DNA from: a virus
Length of the DNA: 64,000 nucleotides
Virus record (IMG/VR): IMGVR_UViG_3300008952_000003
Location: 129,158-193,157 of that record
Reading direction: 5' to 3' (one strand)
Shown: positions 27,650 through 37,248 of the stretch, one piece after another
Layout: the number at the start of each line of letters is the position of its first letter
Numbering within the stretch: the stretch's first letter is position 1
Translations under genes and position numbers: made by a program
Notes under the pieces: generated by a model
Told to the model about the DNA's origin: nothing
The model's database searches: none
Seen by the model: only the letters and a program-made list of their open reading frames with translations

Positions 27650-30302
27650 ATTTGTTGAGTTGTTTATGTTGCTAGCCTTGGTGCTAAGCTCGGCCTGTAG
27701 CGAATATGAAATAGAGGTAATAGAGACAGAGGTTATCCCTGGTCCGCCACATTTCACAGACCCGCCAGATGGCAAGTGGTTACCCCCTCAGAAGGATTTT
27801 GAAATCCCAGATGGGCCCCTGGAGCTTGGAGACCCACTGCTCCCCGATATTGACCTGAGCTTCATTCAGTATGATTTTGGCACACACGAGTTATCGGACC
27901 CCCCAGTCTCAATCGGTCTTGAAATTAGGAACCTCGGGGACTATCCCTTGCGGATAGGCAGTATCGATCAGACATCTATTTCAAAATCTTTCACTCTTTC
28001 ATCGCTATTGAATAATGAGATACAACCTGGCGCCATGGAGGTTCTCGACATCACATATGATGGAGAAAAGCATGGCCCCGACGGTGATATGATAAAGATA
28101 GAATCAAACGATCCAGATGAGCCCTCCGTGGTTGTCCTGGTCGCAGCTAACGGTGCAACTCCTATTTTAGAGATTGATCCATTAGCGTTTGATTTTGGCC
28201 CAGTAGACCCCCTCAATTCTCCCGTCACGACATTCATAGACTTGACAAATGTCGGCGACGGCGTTTTGGAAATATCAAAGATAGAGGAGTTAAAGTCAAA
28301 TTTGGACATCAGTATCACTTCCTATCCATCCACTAAACTATCCCCAGGCCAAGCCACATCCATGCAGGTGTCATATTATCCTATCGACTCTGGAAAGGAT
28401 ATTGAAAAGATAAAAATTACAAGCAATGATCCGAACGATCCTGTTCAAAAAATCACACTCAAAGGCGAATCAGCCGACCCAGATATCGATGCCCCCTCTC
28501 AGGTAGATTTTGGAACCCTGGAGTTGTCGAACTCCCTGGTAAAGACGGTCGATATTAAAAATGTCGGAGCAGGGATACTTCGTGTCACCGGAATTTCTTT
28601 TCCGCAAAGTACCGCAGCCTTCTCCATTATAAAGGGTTTTTCTGGTGATATCCTCCCAGGAAATTCCGAACCGATAGAGGTTCAATACTCACCAGATGAT
28701 TATCTTTCTGATGCGTCCAGTTTGCAGATCTCTTCCAATGACCCGGCGACACCAGCGCATTCGATATCTCTGATTGGGTCTGTAGGCGTACCGGAAATAG
28801 AAATTGACCCATTCAGTATCGATTTTGGCAATGTAAACGTCTATGGGGTTCCCCCGACAGAGAAAATTAAAATATCCAATGTCGGAACTGGAAATTTATC
28901 ACTGGCACCAGTGTCGCTGAAGGGTGGCCTCCCATTTTCGTGGACGCTAATAAGCAATTCTCTAGCCCCTGGAATGTCTGTTGACTTGGAGGTGACGTAT
29001 AGTCCATCATCTTATTCTCCGTCCTCGGACGAATTGTTGATAGGCTCCAATGACCCCACCCAACCTCTAACAACTGTCCCTTTGATCGGCTGGGGCTCTG
29101 CTCCACAGTTGGAGATATATCCAGACCCGTATGATTTTGGATCCTCATATCTTGAGTGTGGCATTGAGAAAGTCATAGATTTAAAGAACGTGGGTGATGC
29201 AGACTTAGAGATCTCAAAGGTAGAATACTTCACGTCGTTCCCTAGCCACTTTACTATTGATTATGATTACGCAGCAAACGGCCAGTTTCCATGGGTTGTC
29301 TCTCCTGGGTCATTCTATTCTGTGTATATTGAGTATCTACCAATGGCTGCAGCAACGACCGATTCTTCTTTCGTAAAAGTTCACTCCAACGATCCCCAGA
29401 ATCCACAAATGCTCTCTTATCAATATGGGGTGGGAGATTATTATTCTTCTGTGATGGACACCTACACCCAGGACACAGTTATGATGTCTGATATTCTATT
29501 TATAATAGATAATTCCTGTTCTATGTCAACGTGGCAGACACATGTGGCTACAAATTTTGATTCTTTTATAACTGTGTTTAAAAATTCTGGAGTTGATTAT
29601 CATATAGCCATCATAACTACTGATGATCCCTCTTTCACAGGGCCCATCATCGACAACTCCACGATTGATCCGATCGCAGAGTTTAAAACCCAGGCACAAG
29701 TGGGGACATATGGCTCCGGTCACGAGCGCGGCCTCGATATGGCTTATGGCGCCTTACAACCCGGAGGTGACGCCGCACCCGGCTCTTCTTTCGAACGCAC
29801 CGATGCGAAGATGTCGCTTATCTTTGTTTCCGATGAGCCGGATTACTCTTATGAACTTTCCACGCCCCTTGATTATTCATCCTATTTTACAGGAGTAAAG
29901 CTCAACTCTTCGAAGATCGTGTCCCATGCTGTGAGTGGGGACTGTCCAAGCGGCTGCTCGATGCCCTATACTTCTTCGACTGGGTACACGTACAATAAAT
30001 ATGCATCCTGTAATTACGATTATATTGATGTTGTCAGTGATATGGGGGGCACACAACTATCATTGTGTGATACAGACTGGGGCCTGAAGATGGAGACGTT
30101 GGCAAAAGACTCCATCATTAAATCCTCTTTTGAATTATCGGATATCCCTATTGCGACCACTATTGAGGTATTGGTCGACGGCTCACTCACGGGAAACTGG
30201 ACATACGACCCGCTCATCAACAGCGTCATATTTGATCCAGGAAGTATTCCAGTTGCAGGAAGCATCATTGATATTAGTTACAATATTTTAGGAGGTTGTT
30301 GA
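27639..30302 (+). CDS. lipoprotein with about 5 tandem Ig-like (ASH/choice-of-anchor D-like) domains and C-terminal vWA-like domain
   Basis: lipobox LSSAC; repeated P..IDFG...I.NVG...L.I...I.SNDP units; DILFIIDNSCSM MIDAS motif. Confidence 0.8.
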   Translation: MRNRFVELFMLLALVLSSACSEYEIEVIETEVIPGPPHFTDPPDGKWLPPQKDFEIPDGPLELGDPLLPDIDLSFIQYDFGTHELSDPPVSIGLEIRNLGDYPLRIGSIDQTSISKSFTLSSLLNNEIQPGAMEVLDITYDGEKHGPDGDMIKIESNDPDEPSVVVLVAANGATPILEIDPLAFDFGPVDPLNSPVTTFIDLTNVGDGVLEISKIEELKSNLDISITSYPSTKLSPGQATSMQVSYYPIDSGKDIEKIKITSNDPNDPVQKITLKGESADPDIDAPSQVDFGTLELSNSLVKTVDIKNVGAGILRVTGISFPQSTAAFSIIKGFSGDILPGNSEPIEVQYSPDDYLSDASSLQISSNDPATPAHSISLIGSVGVPEIEIDPFSIDFGNVNVYGVPPTEKIKISNVGTGNLSLAPVSLKGGLPFSWTLISNSLAPGMSVDLEVTYSPSSYSPSSDELLIGSNDPTQPLTTVPLIGWGSAPQLEIYPDPYDFGSSYLECGIEKVIDLKNVGDADLEISKVEYFTSFPSHFTIDYDYAANGQFPWVVSPGSFYSVYIEYLPMAAATTDSSFVKVHSNDPQNPQMLSYQYGVGDYYSSVMDTYTQDTVMMSDILFIIDNSCSMSTWQTHVATNFDSFITVFKNSGVDYHIAIITTDDPSFTGPIIDNSTIDPIAEFKTQAQVGTYGSGHERGLDMAYGALQPGGDAAPGSSFERTDAKMSLIFVSDEPDYSYELSTPLDYSSYFTGVKLNSSKIVSHAVSGDCPSGCSMPYTSSTGYTYNKYASCNYDYIDVVSDMGGTQLSLCDTDWGLKMETLAKDSIIKSSFELSDIPIATTIEVLVDGSLTGNWTYDPLINSVIFDPGSIPVAGSIIDISYNILGGC

Positions 30303-30304
30303 TA

Positions 30305-30640
30305 ATGGAGAAAATAGAAAAACCATGGGGATTTGAAATAATCTGGGCCAAGACTGATAGTTATGTTGGAAAATTGCTACACATAACTTCCGGCTCACGA
30401 CTGTCCAGGCAGTACCATGTCGAGAAGGAAGAGACGATTTACGTTTTGACGGGAGTTTTGTATAATTACGATAGAGACGGAAACGTCCAAAGAATACTTC
30501 CAGGGGAATCGTTTCACGTTCGCCCACGACAAATTCATAGATTCGCCGCAATGGAAGAATCGAACGTAGAGTTGATTGAGGTCAGCACGAATCATCTCGA
30601 TGATGTGGTCCGACTCGCCGATGATTACAAGAGGGTCTAG
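30305..30640 (+). CDS. cupin-domain protein (mannose-6-P isomerase-like)
   Basis: KPWGFE, LSRQYH..KEET, IHRF. Confidence 0.8.
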   Translation: MEKIEKPWGFEIIWAKTDSYVGKLLHITSGSRLSRQYHVEKEETIYVLTGVLYNYDRDGNVQRILPGESFHVRPRQIHRFAAMEESNVELIEVSTNHLDDVVRLADDYKRV

Positions 30641-30987
30641 TGACCTATAAGCTTCTGTTTGCGTGTCTATTGATCCTAATGGGTCACACAGTATCTTGGT
30701 ATGCGACATACTCACAATTCATATGGGATTGGTGCAAGAATAATGTGATTTTGCTGCCATTGATTTTCTCAATTCCAACAGGGTACTTGTTCACTTATGG
30801 TATGAGGTTCGCAGTCCAGGAGATGGGCGAAGCCTGGGGCCCCCGACTTCTTGGATTCGGCATATCCTATCTGGTGTTTCCGATGTTAACTTATTATTAT
30901 TTTAATGAAAGCATGTTCACACCGAAAACCCTATTATGTATATTGTTGTCGCTTGTCATTGTGGCAATTCAGGTATTTTGGCGCTAA
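30640..30987 (+). CDS. small 4-TM membrane protein (DMT/SMR-like)
   Basis: four hydrophobic helices in 115 aa. Confidence 0.65.
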   Translation: MTYKLLFACLLILMGHTVSWYATYSQFIWDWCKNNVILLPLIFSIPTGYLFTYGMRFAVQEMGEAWGPRLLGFGISYLVFPMLTYYYFNESMFTPKTLLCILLSLVIVAIQVFWR

Positions 30988-30992
30988 AATAA

Positions 30993-31000
30993 ACTATTTA
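30993..31000 (+). promoter_or_regulatory. putative late promoter
   Basis: ACTATTTA upstream of 31018. Confidence 0.6.
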
Positions 31001-31017
31001 TTGATTAGGAGACTAAC

Positions 31018-31374
31018 ATGGCTTTAATTGATGACGTAATAAATGAAAATTTACAGAGACTAAGAGAAGAAAAATACAGATTAAGGACTTTTCAGGTGGT
31101 GATGGACCTTAAGATCGATTCCGAATATGGAGTCGAGGAAACCCTGCAGGCCATCCGAGCAATCCGGGGCGTCACCGTCGTAACTGCGATCGATTCAACG
31201 TACCAGAAGCAGCAATCCGAATATATAAGCACAGTAAGGGTGAAATTTCACCCAGCCAGAGAAACAATGACTCCGATAAAATATGTCAATACGGAATTAC
31301 TCCCATCCATTAGGGATCGCTCCATTCCAGGTGTATCTCTTGTCCGCGTCGGCTCCCCATCCCAGATTGGCTAA
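31018..31374 (+). CDS. hypothetical late protein
   Basis: INENLQRLREE N-terminus, SD AGGAG. Confidence 0.65.
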   Translation: MALIDDVINENLQRLREEKYRLRTFQVVMDLKIDSEYGVEETLQAIRAIRGVTVVTAIDSTYQKQQSEYISTVRVKFHPARETMTPIKYVNTELLPSIRDRSIPGVSLVRVGSPSQIG

Positions 31375-31439
31375 TCTCATAAATATTGTCAAAAAAATAG
31401 TAAAACATAAGAAATAGATCTTCTTTTATATTTTATCTT

Positions 31440-31447
31440 CATAGTTA
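31440..31447 (+). promoter_or_regulatory. putative late promoter variant
   Basis: CATAGTTA upstream of 31483. Confidence 0.4.
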
Positions 31448-31482
31448 TCTATGAGGGTGAGAACCCGCGGGGGGGAATATGT

Positions 31483-32304
31483 ATGATTATCGGAAGGTGG
31501 CTTTCTAAGGTAGTAGTAGCATCATTAATGGGGATTATTCTAGTTTTTACTGGATGTCAACCATGGCAAGCTTGGGAAGTTGACTTGTCTGATCACGGAA
31601 CGAACCTGGGGTCGGTATACGCTTCCAATAGCAATTTTACTGATTATCTATATCATGATATTGCGCGCTACGAATATGAGACATATGTTCATCGCCTCTC
31701 TCGCAACGCCGCTGTCAGGGTTCAGATAGAATATCCCTTTGGAACCATACAGGGAACTGGAACCTATTTTAAGTGGAAGGGTCACACAATGGTTGTTACT
31801 GCTGCTCACTTATTCGCCTTCGGAGGAGCCTATGCAATGTCATCCGAGGCCCTCGTAACAACTCCGAGCGAGCGGGTACTCGGAAGATTGGTTTACGTTG
31901 ACAACTATGTCGACATCGCTGTTTTTGCAGTGCCTACCCTGGACTCTCGCCGGCCAGCAAGATTTAACCGTGCAACAGACTTCCCAATAGGGGAAGACGT
32001 GGTATATTCAGGGTTTCCTGGCGCCAATAGCTTGTTGACTTTTGAGGGCACTCTTACTGGCGACGGCTTTGATACTGACATCGCGATGCAATCTTTTGCA
32101 TGGGGAGGGTCATCGGGTTCTGGCGTTTTTAATGCAAGGGGAGAGTTCGTCGGCGTGCTGGTATCCATAATGGTGGGCCCAGGCTTTCAGGGTCCACAAC
32201 TTGTCGGTTCCGTCGTCTACATAGCTCCATCAACTTTGATTGATTCTGCACTACTTAGGCACAGGCTCGACAAACTATCGAGGATGAAGAATAATGGCTT
32301 TTAA
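31483..32304 (+). CDS. lipoprotein trypsin-like serine protease
   Basis: lipobox VFTGC; VTAAH, DIA, GSSGSGV catalytic motifs. Confidence 0.85.
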   Translation: MIIGRWLSKVVVASLMGIILVFTGCQPWQAWEVDLSDHGTNLGSVYASNSNFTDYLYHDIARYEYETYVHRLSRNAAVRVQIEYPFGTIQGTGTYFKWKGHTMVVTAAHLFAFGGAYAMSSEALVTTPSERVLGRLVYVDNYVDIAVFAVPTLDSRRPARFNRATDFPIGEDVVYSGFPGANSLLTFEGTLTGDGFDTDIAMQSFAWGGSSGSGVFNARGEFVGVLVSIMVGPGFQGPQLVGSVVYIAPSTLIDSALLRHRLDKLSRMKNNGF

Positions 32305-33256
32305 TAAGCTTTCGTTGATCATCTTTTTCTTTTTGGCGCTCATATCCTGCACTACAAATTTGGACTACACTCTTGGAACTTCGACAGTTCCAGATGAATT
32401 AGAGACTGATATTTGGGTCGATTCTTTCGTTCAGGTTGGATCATATGAGAACATAGATATCCTTTGGGTTATTGACAGATCGTGTTCCATGAATGATAAC
32501 GACACGGAGTTATTATCAGGAATAGAATCTATGATGAATCTTCTCTCTTCGGATGTAAACTGGAGACTAAAGATAATTACAGCAGGAGATTGGGGAATTC
32601 CTCAATCAAATTCGTTCCCGCTAACACAGGGCGCAACTTATAAGGATGCCTTGTCCATGTTAAGCACATTGCCAGACGACGGAGGTGAGGCTGGTTTCGC
32701 TGCGCTCTATGATTATATTATGTACGATTCCTACGCGCAAACATGGCTTCGTTCCGACGCCGCTCTGTTGGTGGTATTCGTGTCAGACGAAGAAGAACAA
32801 AGCAGTATGCTCGTGAGCGAGTTTACTTCTTGGTACGAAGATCTCAGAGATAGTGTGTATGTATCGTCTATAGTGAACGTAGACCCGGCAGAATCAGTAT
32901 GTTCTTATGTTCCTCACGGCTCAAATATTGGCTACCGATATGTCGAGGCGACTGATTACTTCAATGGAAATGTGATAGATATATGTTCACAGGATTGGTC
33001 TTCGGGTGTAGCAGAGGCTACCTCGCGAATAGAGCCACATGAATTTTATACTCTCAGTCATTTTCCCTACGAGGATACTATAGTGGTATTTCAAAATGGC
33101 TCTCCATTTAATGCATGGTATTATGAACCGCTAGATAATACGGTATATTTTGATGAAACTCCAGCCGAAGGAGTACTGATGGAAATAGGATATTCGATTA
33201 AAGAGTATGCCACATCGGATACAGAATCTGTTGGCTTGGTAGCCCCAAATAAATAA
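32294..33256 (+). CDS. lipoprotein with vWA-like domain (paralog of the C-terminus of 27639-30302)
   Basis: lipobox LISC; DILWVIDRSCSM; VFVSDEE; shared C-terminal WYY..N.V.F domain. Confidence 0.8.
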   Translation: MAFNKLSLIIFFFLALISCTTNLDYTLGTSTVPDELETDIWVDSFVQVGSYENIDILWVIDRSCSMNDNDTELLSGIESMMNLLSSDVNWRLKIITAGDWGIPQSNSFPLTQGATYKDALSMLSTLPDDGGEAGFAALYDYIMYDSYAQTWLRSDAALLVVFVSDEEEQSSMLVSEFTSWYEDLRDSVYVSSIVNVDPAESVCSYVPHGSNIGYRYVEATDYFNGNVIDICSQDWSSGVAEATSRIEPHEFYTLSHFPYEDTIVVFQNGSPFNAWYYEPLDNTVYFDETPAEGVLMEIGYSIKEYATSDTESVGLVAPNK

Positions 33257-33266
33257 GATAAAATGC

Positions 33267-33295
33267 TTGACATTCCCATAATAAGTTGCTATAAT
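33267..33295 (+). promoter_or_regulatory. sigma70-type promoter
   Basis: TTGACA-17-TATAAT; ACTAATTA motif follows at 33306-33313. Confidence 0.85.
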
Positions 33296-33333
33296 GTATA
33301 AGTAAACTAATTACTTTTAGTTGGGGGTGTGTT

Positions 33334-33621
33334 GTGATTAAACGGTGGTTATACTATATTTTGAGGTTGTTTGGGCTAGCCCCAATTTCCGAATCAAGAA
33401 GATTAGTAAGCGAGATAATAAGACTTGAGGCGCGAAATGACGAATTGGGCGTGCTTGCGCTAGCGCTTGAGGATGAGAATAAGTCATTGTGGCTGATGTT
33501 GGATGAGAATAAGCAGTCTTCAAAATTGGACAGACAAACTGTTGATGACTTTATTGAGGAGGTGAGGGAAACCCTCATGGAAGAGATGCTTAAAGATTTT
33601 GATCCCGTTGGGGAGGCATAG
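33334..33621 (+). CDS. hypothetical coiled-coil protein
   Basis: ORF behind promoter. Confidence 0.65.
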   Translation: MIKRWLYYILRLFGLAPISESRRLVSEIIRLEARNDELGVLALALEDENKSLWLMLDENKQSSKLDRQTVDDFIEEVRETLMEEMLKDFDPVGEA

Positions 33622-33623
33622 CG

Positions 33624-34349
33624 ATGTCAAGCTTGTTTCTTTTTGACGTCGACGGAACACTCACTCTCCCTCGAAAAAGAATGTCTACCCGGTTTGCAGA
33701 ACTATTTGATTCTCTCGTAGATAGAGAGAGGGTATACTTGGTATCAGGAAGCGACATTGGTAAAATTAGAGAACAAGTCCCGCATAGTATTTTGGAAAGA
33801 TGTGCTGGAATATTCGCTAGCTCCGCTAATGAATATTGGATCGGATCGATGCTGCAGCACGAGAACGTTTACGTCCCCTCCAATGCGGTACTTCACCTTT
33901 TGAACGCTGCCATCGAGCAATCGGACTATGAAACGAAAACAGGAAAACACATAGAGCATCGACCCGGAATGATAAACTTTAGCATCGTAGGTCGAAACGC
34001 CACCGATGAGCAGAGAAAGGAGTACAATAGTTGGGACAAGAAAACACAAGAGAGAAAAAGGTTGTCTGAACAACTGCTAAACAAACATCCCGAATTGGAT
34101 GTAAAAGTCGGGGGAGAAATATCGATTGATATATACCCGATGGGCTTGGATAAATCACAAGCCGTCCAATATTTGCGAGAAGAATACGGCAACTGTCAGA
34201 TCGTATTTTTTGGAGACAGAACGGATGAAGATGGGAACGATTACAGTGTTGTTCGAGAAATGTCACCGACAGATATCGTTCATGCTGTTGAGAGTTGTGA
34301 AGATACTTATCAAATTTTAAAAAACTACTTAGGTTATGAAGATGAATAA
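33624..34349 (+). CDS. HAD-IIB hydrolase, phosphomannomutase-like
   Basis: FDVDGTLT, SGSD, GGEISID, FFGD....GND. Confidence 0.85.
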   Translation: MSSLFLFDVDGTLTLPRKRMSTRFAELFDSLVDRERVYLVSGSDIGKIREQVPHSILERCAGIFASSANEYWIGSMLQHENVYVPSNAVLHLLNAAIEQSDYETKTGKHIEHRPGMINFSIVGRNATDEQRKEYNSWDKKTQERKRLSEQLLNKHPELDVKVGGEISIDIYPMGLDKSQAVQYLREEYGNCQIVFFGDRTDEDGNDYSVVREMSPTDIVHAVESCEDTYQILKNYLGYEDE

Positions 34350-34695
34350 TGAAGATAATGAGCAGGATGAAGATAATAAGCTTTCGATCGAGGAAGTGGA
34401 GGCCGAAGATCTCAAGCCAAAGCCAAGACCAAAGCTAGCTCCTCGCGGAATCGAAACATTTACAGTGTGTCGTCAGCACGACGAAACTGGAGTTTCGGGA
34501 GAGGGTGTGATAATAGAGGGTGTCGTTCTTGGGACGGGCCAATGTATTGTTCACTGGCTTTATCCCCCACCAAGGGGTGGTATCGCTATCTTCGATTCGA
34601 TGACAGACTTTATCAAAGTCCACATAGAACCACACCCAGGAAATAAAACAATTATTACCTACCAAGAAGGGGAACAAGAGGTTTATGGTGACTAA
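34336..34695 (+). CDS. hypothetical phage protein
   Basis: DETGVSGEGVIIEGV motif. Confidence 0.65.
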   Translation: MKMNNEDNEQDEDNKLSIEEVEAEDLKPKPRPKLAPRGIETFTVCRQHDETGVSGEGVIIEGVVLGTGQCIVHWLYPPPRGGIAIFDSMTDFIKVHIEPHPGNKTIITYQEGEQEVYGD

Positions 34696-34698
34696 TTA
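34691..34698 (+). promoter_or_regulatory. putative late promoter
   Basis: ACTAATTA upstream of 34716. Confidence 0.55.
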
Positions 34699-34715
34699 CA
34701 GCAGGAGAGAAAACT

Positions 34716-35048
34716 ATGAAAATCACAAAATCAAGACTTATTGAGATGATCAAGGAAGAGGCAGCGTCATACGACGACGCGACCCACGTTGAAGAGGGAA
34801 TTCTTGATCTCTTCAAGCAAAAATCTGCAGAAGCTCCGGCAAAGGGTGAGCCCGAACTTAAGGATCTTATAGTAAAGGCTATACGCCAGAGTCATGGGGA
34901 ATCCATGGGTGCGATCGAGAGGATGACTCACAAATTCAACGAAAGAATCGCAGCAATCGAAAAAGAACTTAAGATTCGAACCCCTGCAGCGCCAGAAGTC
35001 TCCCCGACAGTCACCCAAACCGCCCCTGGACTTAAAAAAGATGACTAA
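34716..35048 (+). CDS. MKITK-motif protein, candidate internal virion protein
   Basis: MKITKSRLIEMIKEE N-terminus shared with 54236 and 56517. Confidence 0.65.
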   Translation: MKITKSRLIEMIKEEAASYDDATHVEEGILDLFKQKSAEAPAKGEPELKDLIVKAIRQSHGESMGAIERMTHKFNERIAAIEKELKIRTPAAPEVSPTVTQTAPGLKKDD

Positions 35049-35943
35049 AGAGTGGAACGAATACCTTGAAATCCTGTCAGAGATGAAGACTACGAAACAC
35101 GTGCAAAATACTTACAGGAAGCTCGGTGATGATTTCATGAAAGCCATGTTGGGTGGGGAGCAGCCAAATACGGCCCCATACACTCGACCACGCCCCCCAA
35201 GAGGAAAATCGGGCCTTGGACCACTCGAAGAGGATGTACCGCTCGTTCCAGAGATTAAAGAAGACTTAAATCGAGATATTTGGGATGAGAATGATAAACT
35301 CAAGCCAGAGATTGCCAAAAAGCTATTGAAGATTGCACGAGATTTTTATGAAGGATTAGATTTAGTAGCCCCAATCTTGGATATCACCATAACCGGGTCC
35401 ATTGCAAACTATAACTGGACTGAAAAATCAGATATAGACTTGCACATCCTCATAGATTACGCAGCAGTGAATGAGGATACGGAATTGGTTAAGAAGTTTT
35501 TGTCCCAGGCAAAAACAAATTGGAACAAGAATCATGAGATAATGATTAAGGACCATGAAGTCGAGACTTATGTCCAAGATAATAACGAACCCCATCATTC
35601 GACCGGAGTATACTCTGTTTTGGGCGACGACTGGATTATCAAGCCAGAGCCAGCAGAATTTCAAGTTAGTGAAGACGATATCAAAAAGAAGAATAAATAC
35701 TTTGTTGATGTTATAGACTCAATAGAGAAGATAAAAGAGGAAGGAAAATACGAAGAGGCATACGGAGATTCAGATAGGCTCACAGATAAACTTAGGAATT
35801 ATCGCCAATCGGGCCTTGAGACTGGTGGCGAATTTTCTGTTGAGAATTTGGTTTTTAAAAGCTTGAGAAATTCTGATTATCTTGGAAAATTATATGACCT
35901 CAAGAGAGCCGCCTATGATGCCATCATGTCAGTGAGTCAATAA
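35041..35943 (+). CDS. Pol beta-superfamily nucleotidyltransferase
   Basis: ITGSIANY...SDIDLH (GS...DxD) motif. Confidence 0.8.
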   Translation: MTKEWNEYLEILSEMKTTKHVQNTYRKLGDDFMKAMLGGEQPNTAPYTRPRPPRGKSGLGPLEEDVPLVPEIKEDLNRDIWDENDKLKPEIAKKLLKIARDFYEGLDLVAPILDITITGSIANYNWTEKSDIDLHILIDYAAVNEDTELVKKFLSQAKTNWNKNHEIMIKDHEVETYVQDNNEPHHSTGVYSVLGDDWIIKPEPAEFQVSEDDIKKKNKYFVDVIDSIEKIKEEGKYEEAYGDSDRLTDKLRNYRQSGLETGGEFSVENLVFKSLRNSDYLGKLYDLKRAAYDAIMSVSQ

Positions 35944-35960
35944 CAAGGAATCCACAATGA

Positions 35961-36266
35961 ATGAGTCGCTTATCTTTTGAGCTTGGAGACATAGTGAGAT
36001 GGCGCCCCCTGTTTATGGTAGCCGGCAAGGCATTAGAAGAATTTTATGGCATGGTTATAAAGGACACAGAGACACTGCGCGGCGGTAAATATTCCTATGG
36101 ATCATCTGAATCTTCGACTGGCGATATAAATATGACCTATATAGAGCCGATGTCTGCTGTGACGGTCTTTTCGTTCAAGGATCAAAAAGTGGTAGTCTTA
36201 TACCAAAATCCAGATGACATCCCCTTGAGTATAGAGAAAGTTTGTTTTAATAATAAAAACTCTTGA
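35961..36266 (+). CDS. small SH3/KOW-like protein
   Basis: FELGDIVRW N-terminus. Confidence 0.55.
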   Translation: MSRLSFELGDIVRWRPLFMVAGKALEEFYGMVIKDTETLRGGKYSYGSSESSTGDINMTYIEPMSAVTVFSFKDQKVVVLYQNPDDIPLSIEKVCFNNKNS

Positions 36267-36291
36267 CAAACTGCCTTTATTGATATATAAT
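36263..36291 (+). promoter_or_regulatory. sigma70-type promoter
   Basis: TTGACA-17-TATAAT. Confidence 0.85.
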
Positions 36292-36313
36292 GTAGGTAGG
36301 ATATGGAGAGAAC

Positions 36314-36730
36314 ATGTCAAAACTTGAACTTGATTTTGAACCCACCGAGCTAGAAATAGAGCACTGTATAGAGATGTTGGTCCCCAAGTTACAGAGGAAA
36401 GTCAACGACCACTACGATGCGATTTACAAAAGAGGCACCCATTCCGCGATAGTTGGGAAGTCATATCTTTCAGAATCGAAGCCTCCACTTTTAACAAAAA
36501 AGAAAGGAAGAGTTTACTGGAAATTGATTCTGGAAAATAGAAATGATTTTGGAGGATCCTCCAGCACAGTGTATGGATTTGTGCGAAGAGCAGACGGCGC
36601 AGTCTTTAGGGCCGCAGACTGGAAGAAGCCAGAGACCAGAACCAAAAGAGCGATTCGGGGATATGTGACAGATGAATTCCCAGAAGATTATTTTACTGCC
36701 TATGGCGTGGTATATGATATGGAATCCTGA
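36314..36730 (+). CDS. conserved phage hypothetical protein
   Basis: VYGFVRRADGAVFRAADWKKP motif common in phage early genes. Confidence 0.7.
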   Translation: MSKLELDFEPTELEIEHCIEMLVPKLQRKVNDHYDAIYKRGTHSAIVGKSYLSESKPPLLTKKKGRVYWKLILENRNDFGGSSSTVYGFVRRADGAVFRAADWKKPETRTKRAIRGYVTDEFPEDYFTAYGVVYDMES

Positions 36731-36882
36731 TGCAATATAATACTTATAAGTTGATCATCGAACTTTTAAATCAAGAGCTTAAAAAAGCAGATAGAATTCC
36801 CACGCTTCTTTATCACGAAGAGATTGAAGAGGCAAAAAAAGATTTCATAAATCATATAAAAGAACAAAACAAGAGGGGCTGA
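36730..36882 (+). CDS. small hypothetical protein (50 aa)
   Basis: ATG overlapping upstream TGA. Confidence 0.55.
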   Translation: MQYNTYKLIIELLNQELKKADRIPTLLYHEEIEEAKKDFINHIKEQNKRG

Positions 36883-36883
36883 T

Positions 36884-37081
36884 GTGACTTATAATACACT
36901 TGGCGAAGGCAATATGATATGGACAGTCATCTTTAAGACTCTCTGTGAGAAACCAGATAGTTGTGTGACTCTCGGGCCACCGTCAAGAACGAGATGCTGG
37001 AACCTTGCAAACCAAAAATATAACAAATTGATCGCAATCATACCAGGAAATCACGAAGTTTATATTAAAAATAACTCTTGA
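36884..37081 (+). CDS. small hypothetical protein
   Basis: ORF in operon. Confidence 0.5.
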   Translation: MTYNTLGEGNMIWTVIFKTLCEKPDSCVTLGPPSRTRCWNLANQKYNKLIAIIPGNHEVYIKNNS

Positions 37082-37132
37082 CATACTCTTGACAATTTAA
37101 CACTAGACAAAATCAGAAATAGCGTGTATAAT
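37076..37132 (+). promoter_or_regulatory. 57-bp early promoter module, copy 1
   Basis: TCTTGACA-TAC-TCTTGACA..TAGACA-17-TATAAT; drives tRNA. Confidence 0.85.
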
Positions 37133-37145
37133 GTATATACATAAT

Positions 37146-37221
37146 ACGCTAGTAGCTCAGGGGTGAGAGCAGTCGTCTTATATGCGATTGGTCGGTGGTT
37201 CAAATCCACCCTAGCGTACCA
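37146..37221 (+). tRNA. tRNA-Ile, anticodon UAU
   Basis: ACGCTAG/CTAGCGT acceptor, GCTC/GAGC D arm, loop CT-TAT-AT, GGTGG-TTCAAAT-CCACC T arm, A73, CCA; 76 nt. Confidence 0.93.
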
Positions 37222-37248
37222 TTTAACCCACAACCATAAAGGTAAATC

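Noticed and set aside
27609-33256. Firm host assignment to Myxococcota
   Set aside because: Based only on recalled domain architectures; needs database searches or spacer matches
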